Of a stretch of DNA of 64,000 nucleotides, positions 37,033 through 47,162 are shown in pieces; the first letter of the stretch is position 1, and the number at the start of each line of letters is the position of its first letter. The DNA is from Coniocarpon cinnabarinum (taxonomy: Eukaryota). The position numbers and the translations under genes were made by a program. The notes below the pieces were generated by a model. That model had not been told where the DNA came from and did not search any database. It saw only the letters and a program-made list of their open reading frames with translations. The stretch lies in NCBI GenBank assembly GCA_051942205.1, contig JAVECO010000042.1:1-64000 (forward strand). Reading direction: 5' to 3'.

Positions 37033-37434
37033 AATGGGGTACGGACCTAAGTGGACAGCTCGATTCGCGTCGAGAGGCAATCAAATGGATGGTCACTGGC
37101 ATACTGCGACAAAGCCCCACCCATGCCTGCGCATGCCGTTACTTAAGTGTCCAGCCAGTTACATTAGGCGTTTTTTGGAATTGCAGCTAGTCATGCAGAT
37201 GCATTGCCCCTGGCAGACTGACCGGGATCCGTCCGAGTGACAAATGGGCGGGTTCTGGTACCGAGAGCTATTTATTGCTTGACAGATACATAGATCCTAC
37301 CTGAATTGAAGTTACGTAGCAGGCGCAAAGCGACTCAACAAACGGTGTGATATGGAATGGCCTAATGTTGTACCTAGGCAAATGAGTTGGTCACATCGAA
37401 TGTCTAACTTTTTGGAAGCCTTCTCTGTCTCGAT

Positions 37435-38948
37435 ATGATGGAGGTTGCCATCGGAGGAGCTGGTGTAGCTGGCCTTGCCGCCAGTATTGCCTTGGTTGAG
37501 AGCGGGCACAAGGTCACCGTTTATGAAAGCAGGCCAAATATTGAGATGGTGTGTCTCCAAAGACGAGCGTTATCAGCGAAGAAGACTAATAGTCTCTCAA
37601 TTCAGTTGGGTGCCGGCATTCAAATGGCGCCAAATATGACCCGCTTGTTACGTGAATTAGGCTTGCATGATCTTTTGCAAAGGGATGTCGTGAAACCTCA
37701 AACCTATACAATTCGTCGGTGGAGCAACGGTGCTATTATTGGCGGCATGAATATGGGTGAGTTCGAAACAAAATTTGGAAGTCCGTACATCCAGGTCCGC
37801 CGATGCGAGTTACTCGATGCGCTTTCAAACAAAGCGCAGGAAAAAGGTGTGGTCTTTCGCTTTGGCGCCAAGATCAGCAGATACGAGCCTGAAGTACCGC
37901 TCCTCGTGCTTGGAAATGGCGAGGAGATCCGGCCCGATTTCGTTGTCGCAGCGGATGGTACGATGTGCACAATCTTTTGCGAAGGAGGGGCTTTGCTGAC
38001 TCGAAACTTGAAACATGAGTGCGGTCCAATGCACGCCATCGGCTGCTTGGTTTGCGTGAAGCGCTACCCGAGCACGCAAATTTTGTAGCATTTCGGACGA
38101 TCTTGGCCGTTGAAGATATTTTACAGCACGACGATCTGGCGTGGCTCGTACGAAAGTCATCCCAGAACTGTTGGTATGACCTACGTTAAGTGTTTTCCGA
38201 AGCCCGGAGTGCAGAGGCCTAATATAATCTGCAGGGCCGGTCGAGATCATCATGTCCAAGCATACTCAATGAACGGGAACAAGCACTTCAATATGGTTTG
38301 GGTTGCCCCTTCTAGGGGCCACGAGGATGCACAGGCAACCTGTGATGATGGTTTACAGGAGCTTAGACAACAATTTCTTGGCTGGGATCCAACGTATGCG
38401 GGTCTTCCTCATGAAGGCATGGATAGCCTCTCGTTGACTGGTGAATAGGCTTCAAAAGCTGATGAGTATGGCGCATGATGCCTCAAAGTGGCCGATATGG
38501 ATGGCTGTCCACATGGACCGTGTGGTGGCTGATTCAGGTCGCTTTGTAATTATCGGAGATGCTGCCCATGACGTGACTCCATTCTTGGGACAAGGTTCGT
38601 TCTGACAGCTCAGTCCTTGATACGTTGCTGATGCAGAGGCCAGGGGCTGCTATGGCTGTTGAAGATGCATGCCTTCTCGGAAAAACTCTGGGCAACGTGA
38701 CAAGTCAATCTTCACTCGAGGCTTTGCTTGCACGCTATCAGTCAAGGCGGCTCGCACGAACCCTAGCCATTAGGAATGAATCTTTGCGAAACTGTGAAAC
38801 ATGCCATATGCCAGACGGCGAAAGACAGATCCGACGGGACAGGGACGCCGTAATTGCTTTGCAACACGGGACAAGCGATTCTAGTCCATACATTTGGAGC
38901 CACACAACGGGACAAAAATGGTTGTATGGCTATAATATAGAGAGCTGA
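37435..38948 (+). CDS. FAD-dependent monooxygenase, salicylate-hydroxylase-like (multi-exon; one acceptor looks defective)
   Basis: GGAGVAGL Rossmann motif, LGAGIQMAPN, VVAADG, IGDAAHDVTPFLGQ|GAAMAVEDA, HMPDGERQIRRD, WLYGY. Confidence 0.9.
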
Positions 38949-41211
38949 GGGGAATAGATGAGCGCATGGGTATAGACTGATCAATGAACTTAGCCTGCTG
39001 ATGTCGCAAGCCTTCCATGGCTAGCCGAGTCTTATTTCGAAGAGTTGCACGACCGTAACAAACTTAAGGTCTCTTTCACGGCCTGTCAGCGTTTTTTTAG
39101 CCCCGGTATCGGTCGAGCGATGCTAGAGTGCTCAAATAGATAGACAAAGCTAGGAGAATTTTTCGAATGCACAAGCTTGACACTCACTCTCAATCGGAAG
39201 CGACACTTCAGGTTTACAATGTTTGTGCTCGCAAGGTTCAGCTGTGATCCAGCAGTGGCTAGCAGCATACCATTTTTAATGATTCCCGATTATGACCGTA
39301 AAGGTCTGATAGGAAAGTACTTACCGCGTATGAATTCAGCATTTTGCGAGTTGTAGAAAGCTCTGGCTGTTGCTCTTATAGCTTTGTAACCCGGACAGAT
39401 CTCATTGTGCAGGCTCGTCGCGTGGACTGAGGTCCGGCAACGACTTTTGCTCCTGACCCTTGGCTGTAGTTTTCAAGATGCAGTAGATTGACGATGAAGA
39501 CGTATTACAAAGCAACAGAGAAGACAAACGTGCAGTCTGAAAAGCTTCAGAGGTAAAATCCAAAAAATTTCTGGATCAGGTATCAGTACCGGGAGCTTGG
39601 AGCTTTCCGCAAAACCGGATTTACATACCTAATGCAGATGTACTGCATGAAGTAGAAGGACGCATACAGATGCGTCGTAGGCAAGGCGCTTACGGCTCGC
39701 AAGGCACAAATGACTCTGAGTCAAGCGCCTTATCGCGAATTCCAAAACGACATGCAGTGAGCAAAGTGGCAATCACTTAGTTGCTGCAGTCCATGTGCCA
39801 ATAGATGCAGGCGGACAGCCACCCGCACCCTCTGTGTGCACATGCGTGTGCTCATCAAGGCTGCGCCATGGCATGATCTTTGCATGCGGGATGCTACCTT
39901 CCAGAAGTGTAGTGACGACGTTGAAGTATTCGCATCAGGAGCGCCTTCCAATGACGTCATGTTCCCACCTGAATCCTTTCCTTGCTGCTACATCTCTGCA
40001 TTTTACGTCGCTTAGGCTGCACTGTATTCATCTGACGCACTTAGCAAGCGTAACATTGTGCCGTATTCTTTGCCTCCTGCATCGAAATTCCTCGACTGCC
40101 ATTCGCAAGCGGCACTAGCTACGCCCATGCCTCAATTGTAGCTTTTCAGAAGAGGCCGTCTCGCCTTTTGCGGTCACACGTTAAGCTCTTTCCGCGAGGC
40201 ACTTAGTCAGACACTTTTGTCTCACATTGCTATCTTGGAGTAACTCCCCCCAACTCCTGTGTACCTCCTATGAAGGATTCATGTAGGGTGAGCATTGCGC
40301 TTCGACTAGCTGCCCCTTTAATTTCAAAGCTTCATCGGTCTGGGTCATCTACGATTGAATTTTGCGGGGCAAAGAATCCAGTTGCTACCTTTGTACGCAC
40401 CGACAGCTTGTCGTCCGACAATGTTCAAGCTTTTAGAGTAGTGAGCATCAATTTCTAGCGCCTACATACACGAGGATGCTACTGTGCTTTATCTCTTATA
40501 TCATCAGCCCGGTGTCAGGCACGAAGAAGCTTTCGCAGCTCAATATACCGCATGCTCAAAAATAAGTCTGCTTGAAGACGGTTCAGCTCTTAAACACAAT
40601 GTTTCTCTCCCTCCTTGCCGCAAATCCTATGTCTTTCATGAATCCCATTAATTCAACATTTGTACTTTCATCGGATGCTATGCTGCTGGCACAGCTTCGA
40701 CTCCCCTTGAAGTGAATCTCACCTAGGACAGAGCGGCTTAGGACCCGCTAAAAAGTTACTCATTTGGGGAAAAGTTGCGCTGCCCTGTACGCTGCGCTTC
40801 AACCCTGTAATGCTGTTCGGCTTGCGTCCTGTTGCCTGATTTATGCCTTACCTCCTAGAGCTCTCATGCGGAAACATGTGAGAGGATGAGAGCTCATGAC
40901 ATGACATAGCACAGCATTGGTCCTCTAACATGAGCCTGATGCAACTCAAGATGCCCTCACGAACTTTTGGCACGGCAGGCAATCTTCTCACGTCAATTGC
41001 TGCCAGTGTGACTGACTAACACTACTACGTGGGCCCATGGTGTGAGGCTGATTCTCGACGTCGCCCGACTTAGCCCTGCGTAGTGCTCGTTGGATCTTTC
41101 AAAGATCGGAAATGCCCTAGTGCGCTATATGAACACTCAATCGCACATTCTAGCTATACGCCATTGGCTTCGGAACTAGGCCTGTTGCCGACATCGGACC
41201 CAATTTTGATC

Positions 41212-42363
41212 ATGAGCTTCATCCCGTTGGAAGACTATGGACCGCTAGTCAACAGTCTTGGGTGGACATTCACTGCTTTAGCGACAAGTTAGTTCTGAGT
41301 TAAGTACGTCTTCAGATTGCGAGATCCTAATTCCACGTAGCGACAGTCTCGGCTAGGCTCATTAGCCGCACTGCTCTTTCAAAAGAGCAGCAATCTCTTG
41401 GTGTCGACGATCTATTCGCCTCGATCAGCGTCCTCTGGGTCATTACCGTGAACGTGATTGCATCAATTAGTGTTCACTACGGAGCAGGCCGCTTGTCAGA
41501 CCCAGCGACACCTCCTGAGATTCTCAAGAAGTCAGCTCACCTTGCCGTCATATGTCAAAGCCTGGGTGTCTGGACCTTTACCCTCCCTAAATTCACCCTC
41601 TTTGCTTCACTCAACCGCGTCTTCGGGTTTGGTCAGAAGAGCTGGATTGGATTGGGGTTCATGCTGGCTGCTTGCTTCGCAACTGCACTTGGAACCAGCG
41701 TCTTATGGTGGAGACAGTGCACACCAGTTTCACATTTCTGGAACCCCACCTTGCCTGGTAAATGCTTGCCTCCCTCTGTGTTAGTCAACATGGGTTACGG
41801 TCTCGCGACATGGTCTACCTTCGCAGATCTGGTCTTCACACTCTACCCACAGTTCATCATCATGAGACTCAACATGCTCAAAATGAAGAAAGCGGGATAC
41901 TGTATTGGGTTCGGCCTAAATTCTCTTGCCTTCGCAGTCTCGTTGTACAAGATTTCGCTTTTCCAACAGTTCCAGAGGCTTTTGAGGCATGAGCCAGCCT
42001 GCAAGTACTGCACCAGCCAATAGCGTATCCGCGCGAATGTGCTAATCCTTGTCAGACGTCAATGGCATTCTCGTATTACTTTCCCTCCTTGAGGCTAATA
42101 TACTGATTGTTGCGGGATCATTGCCATCGGCCGGAAATGCGTTCCGGTATACCAGGGAAGCTTTGACCAGCGGATATAGCAGGGTGTTTGCGGAAAGCGG
42201 TATCACGAAGCGACCTGAACTTGAGCCGGATTACAGGCCTTCGATACTCATCCGGACAGATATTTACTCGACCACTACAGTGAACAGCAGAGCACCCACA
42301 GATGAAGTCGAGCTTGCTGTGCATCGTTTTCAAGTTGGCGACGGAGATCATCTAAGTGTATAG
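41212..42363 (+). CDS. Second PTH11/SAT4-like rhodopsin-domain membrane protein (3 exons)
   Basis: DYGPLVNSLGW...RLISR...LGVDD, YGAGR, QCTPVSHFWNP..GKC, ADLVFTLYP, EANILIVAGSLP. Confidence 0.85.
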
Positions 42364-42589
42364 AGACTGACAAGTCGTTCATATCCAGAAAGCTCCCTGT
42401 CGAATTTTCAGTATCATTCACAGACCCAGTCAATTGATGAGCAGTACACAAAAGCGCTTGCAGATCTTATCACCCGAAGCCTCTTTTTTGCTATACCTCT
42501 TGAGCGCTGAGCTTGTTGCTATCACTGTTGCTGGGAGGCATTGTACTTGCATCATTGCCCTCGGTTGGCATTCTGAGACACATGAAGCC

Positions 42590-43398
42590 ATGAGTCTGAC
42601 AGGTGCACGAAAGGAAACTAGCAGCGTTTTCAGGGTAGCGATCAGGGTCTTTTTGAAACTTTCGGTACGTGTGATTTAAAGAGCTTGAGATCCTGCGCAG
42701 GCATTGCTGATCCGTCCACACTTGTTAGGCTCAAACAAGGCGGCTCTCGCACACTTTTCAGGCACGATGAAAGCGCTGAATGACTACAAACATCCATGGA
42801 CGAACATCTTTCCTGTTTCAGAGCTTGTCAAACGCACCCAGCCTGAGCACGCGATCCTCGTCGATGTTGTTGGCGGCCGAGGCGGCGACCTCGAGAAGGT
42901 TGCCCAAATGTTCCCGGATTTGCCGAAAGGAAGTCTGGTGTTGCAAGACCTACCTGATGTAGTCAAAGATCTCTCCCTTAAACCGTCCATTCGAGCTATG
43001 CCACATGATATGTTCACGTCGCAGCCAGTCAAAGGTAATTTGGAAGCTTTTGGATTGTTTCATCATGTGCTGACCTGCTACAAGGAGCAACTGCATACTT
43101 CCTTCATACGGTTCTCCATGATTGGCCGGACGACAAGGCTTCTGACATCCTTCGGAATCTGCATTCGGCTGTGGAAAGGGGTCGTAGCTCTGTATTGCTC
43201 TATGAGACTGTCATGACCTCCACTGAAAGCGAGCTCATCAAGACAGCTTCTGACTTGACAATGATGTGCTTACTCGGTGCTGTGGAGCGCACGGAGGAGA
43301 TGTGGAAGAAGGTGGTGGAGGCAGCTGGGTTCAAAATCAAGAAGATTTGGAGTAACGTTGGCAGTATGGAGAGTGTCATCGAGCTGACGCTGTCTTAG
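42590..43398 (+). pseudogene. 5'-truncated O-methyltransferase pseudogene
   Basis: Only the C-terminal half is present (LVDVVGGRGGD, LQDLP, HDMF..QPVKG|A.AYFLHTVLHDWPD, DLTMM...ERT...W). In-frame TAG at 42619 (KGN*QRF), G>V in the SAM loop, and no room for an N-terminus after the upstream gene. Confidence 0.8.
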
Positions 43399-44190
43399 CA
43401 CTGGCCCATGCCTGTCTGCGCTGAGTCATGAGTCGACATCGAAATAATCGCGTTGGTGCTGTTCTCGGGGGACCTGTTCTCGACGTGTGACGTGTCTACT
43501 TATGCTTATAATTAGAAAGAACTTCAAGAGCGAGGTGACCAATAGAGCGTGTCCTGGGCTAGTCATGAATTCTGACCAAATCGAAATTGATCCACTGAGT
43601 AGCTCGGCCCGTACCGGTGGATCTATTATTGCGACTGCTTTGGGGATTTGTATCCCCACTGTTGAGATCGTTGACGCCACGTGCTTCATGAAGCCAATTA
43701 CGGATGCTATCCACAATTTGATGGGCACTGGTTAGGCAACAACACTGGTGAAGCATTTACCATGACATCGTTATTGTCTAAAGCGGTTCTTGAAATCGCC
43801 TGGCTGGTGTGTCGTCAGCATTGCTGCGAATGCAACTAGTAAGGCTGGACGAATACCCACAGTGATTTTCTCACTTGGAGACTCGGGCCCACTTGGCTCT
43901 CACCTTCTTTGTATCTTCAATCTTTTAGAGCGTGTTGGGCCTTGAGACCCGTCTTCAACCCTTCGTCTATCATCCGATCTCTTTTCGTGAGACTCCCCAG
44001 CCATAAGTAGGAAGCTATCATGCGCTCATTGAACAATAAGGGCCACGCTGATATCTAAGCTTAAGACACGTTAGTTGACTGTTCCATCTTAGATCTTTCC
44101 AAATACAGATAGCATGTCTTCGAAAGTGAACATCCAGGCACTTAAAATTCTTTAAACAAGAGAACTAGGCTCTGGTTGAACGTTACGTTT

Positions 44191-44826
44191 TCACTGGTAG
44201 GTCCCCATGCTACTGCTGTCATACTTGCGTCCTTGGCCTCTCCTGGTATTCTGAGACACATCACACGATGAGTCTTGGAGGTTCCTATTCGCCCTGCAAG
44301 GGTGCTGGCTGCGCACCTGATCCTGTTGTTCGAGGCTCTCTTCGCTCCGTTCATAGTTCACCTTGCCGTCTTTTCCCTTGTTCATTCGTGCCGCCACGAC
44401 GTCGCCAAGAGTCGCTCGCTTCTGACTGCGATGGCGTGTAGACGCAACTCCGCCTAACGTCTGTTGATCGCCGCCACGTGCTTTCAGATCCCCAGTGTCA
44501 TGTCCAGCCGCACCCACGGGGTCATTGACAACGCCACACTTCTCGGGTATCATGCGAAAGGCACGCGGCTTGCGGCCTCGGCAGCGCGAGCCTTCTGGAC
44601 CTTTGCTGTGATCGGGACGAGCAATAGCGGTCTCGTCGTCGGCACCTGCATTCTTCTTGCGGATATACTCTTGGATGATTCGATTTGTGGAGGAGGGTGT
44701 GATCCCAAGTTCTGCTCCTATGTCAAGCTGGGTTTTCCTGCCGTTGTTAGATTCCCATCGCTCGATCAAACGAGCGCGCTTGACGGTGCTATGTTCTCGA
44801 CGCTCTGATTTACGTTTACCGGGCAT
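44191..44826 (-). mobile_element. Tc1/mariner-like N-terminal HTH ORF (transposase remnant or derived gene)
   Basis: RREHSTVKRARLIERW...TQLDIGAELGITPSSTNRIIQEY followed by RGRKPR (GRPR-like); no DDE domain or TIRs seen. Confidence 0.45.
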
Positions 44827-45470
44827 GGGTAATTGTGCACACCGTTGATTGTGATATCTCTAGGCACAGGTAGACTTCCTATGAAGTGTTGGGTGTTGGT
44901 GTTGGAATTGCATACTTACTTTGCCAAGACTGGATCATGCCAAGAATCGTGCGAAGATTACGCGCAGTCACGTGAATATGTTATGCTTACCAGAAGTTGA
45001 TATGATGTCTATCTGGCATTGCTTTACTGTAGGGAAGCAGGAATCGAATTGCAATGTTGTGATTTCATAAATAGAACCTCTTTTGCCAATGCGCCGTTGC
45101 TCAGCAATCGTCCATCGAGGCTTCTTTGGGACGTTCTGAAAGTGTCCTGGGTTGTATGAAGGCTGTGTGGTCGATACAGATAAGAACTGCAATTTAGCGT
45201 ATCATTTGACGAGGTGAATTCGACCTGGCAGCTAACGTGCTCGTGAACCAGACCGCGGGGCAATATGTGTGCAGGCTCTGACCAATGACATTACACGCAC
45301 CAGCTACGCCGCATTTCATACGGCGCGCCGATAGCCTATCGCTGTGCCGCAAAAGGCTTAGCAGAAGCACTTTGGTTGTGATGAAATCGCAATGCTAAAC
45401 CGTAATTTTTTCAACTTGTCTATAAAGAATTCTCATCTCTGCAGTTTGAGCCAACGAAGCTGTTGTAAGC

Positions 45471-46905
45471 ATGTCTACGAATGTCCGTACCGTGAAAAGC
45501 CGCCATCAAGGCCATTGCAGAGAAAGCTGACATGGGTACCTCTGGCCACACAGGAAACTTACAGCTCTGAGCACGTATTCAAAGCCTTTGAAAGCTTTCG
45601 AGATATCGATATTGACTCCTTTCCTGACTCTGTTTCTCGGGTCAAAGCCCTTGCTGAGGCGCGCGCTCTTGTCTCTAGACTCGAAACCCCCTTTGAACGC
45701 ATGTTTCATATTAGCCACGAGATTCCCGCACTCTACGCCGCGCTCCGTGTCGCCCACGACCAAGGCGTTTTCGAGACTCTCGATAGCGAGCATGGAAGTC
45801 CCAAGACGGCACAACAGCTAGCTCGTTCTGGCGATCCTGCTCTGCTTAACCGCTTTCTCCGTATGCTAGCCGCCGAGCATATAATTGAGCAAGTCGGCCC
45901 TACACATTACGAGCCTACGGGTTTATCGATCGCTCTGCGGAATCCTGCTATTGCCTCGGCAATTGGGATTTATGCGGACATGAACTCAAACGCCTTTATC
46001 TCGCTGCCGAAGTTTCTAGAGCACACAAAGTATGAGAACCCCACAGACATTCAACAGAGTAACTGGCAGTACATGCTTGGCCGAGATGAAACGTATTTCG
46101 AGTGGCTGACAAACAATCCTGAAATCGAAGCAAACTTCGGAAACTTCATGTCCGGATACGCATCGCAGCGAGATTCATGGTTGGACGTGTATCCAGGGAA
46201 TGAGATTATGCGCAGGTCAGACCATGAGGGGCCCCTGGTTGTGGATATAGGTAGAGACTCCGATTTTTACAAGGCCAAGTTCTGTGGCTAGCAGGGTCGA
46301 TCATTAACTGGTAAAACAGGTGGCGGATTGGGTCAGGATCTTGCAAAATTTCTGCAAAAGTTTCCACACTCCGCAGGCCGACTCTACCTTCAAGATCTTC
46401 CTGGAGTTATTCATAATGCGCAGAACACCGTGCCGCATGGTATCAAAGCGGAGGTCCATGACTTCTTCAAGCCGCAGCCAATTGAAGGCGGTCGAGGTAA
46501 GCTATTCTGCAATGTTGGTGCCTCGATGTGGATACTGATATGGAGAAGCATACTTCATGCACAGCATCTTGCACAACTGGTAGGTCACCTCTCTTCTTCC
46601 CTCATCCTTAGTCCCGATCGATTTACCCAAATAGGCCCGACGACAAAAGCCATGCCATTCTACAGGCGCTCAAACCCGCTATGCGCAAGAACTACAGCCG
46701 ACTGCTTCTGCACGAGCTTGCGATTCCCTCGGAAAATGCCAGCTTATACCAAGCAACTGCCGATCTCACCATGGCAGCACTCTTTAGCTCGAGGGAGAGG
46801 AGCGAAGAGGATTGGATGATACTCCTGAACGGTGCAGGATTCAGGATCGTGAAGATCTGGCGTGGCTCAGCGTCGGAGGCGATCATTGAGGCTGAGGTGG
46901 AGTGA
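45471..46905 (+). CDS. SAM-dependent O-methyltransferase (Methyltransf_2 type), 5 exons
   Basis: TATAAA at 45421; MSTN|ETY...ALVSRLETP, LNRFLRMLAA, LVVDIG|GGLGQDL, YLQDLP, HDFFKPQP, AYFMHSILHNW|PDD, DLTM...ERSEEDW. Confidence 0.92.
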
Positions 46906-47162
46906 TGCTGAGCAAGTGCCTTGCTGATGGGTTGGGGTATGTTCACGGTAGCGTGGCAGAGGGCATAGATGTGAGCCCTGTCGAAGAGTGCTATATGCGT
47001 CTGAAACATGCACTGAAGGCCAGAGTACATTCTTCCCGCGCTGTACCTGGTAGAAACCCTGCCTCCTAAAAGTGTGTTGTTGCTTCCTCCTTTAACGTTC
47101 TTGTTATTTGAAAATTGAAGTCATGGGTTGGACGGTTCCATGGCATATCTGCCTTCCAATTC

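Noticed and set aside
39000..41150. Short ORFs and a GTAAGT donor in the 2-kb gap after the FMO (possible hidden transcription factor)
   Set aside because: No Zn2Cys6, C2H2 or bZIP motif and no coherent exon chain found.
41212..42363. Membrane proteins as Pyr4-type meroterpenoid cyclases
   Set aside because: Motifs (YGxGR, QCxP..W, E.NI.I) are those of the PTH11 family, and Pyr4 signatures were not seen.
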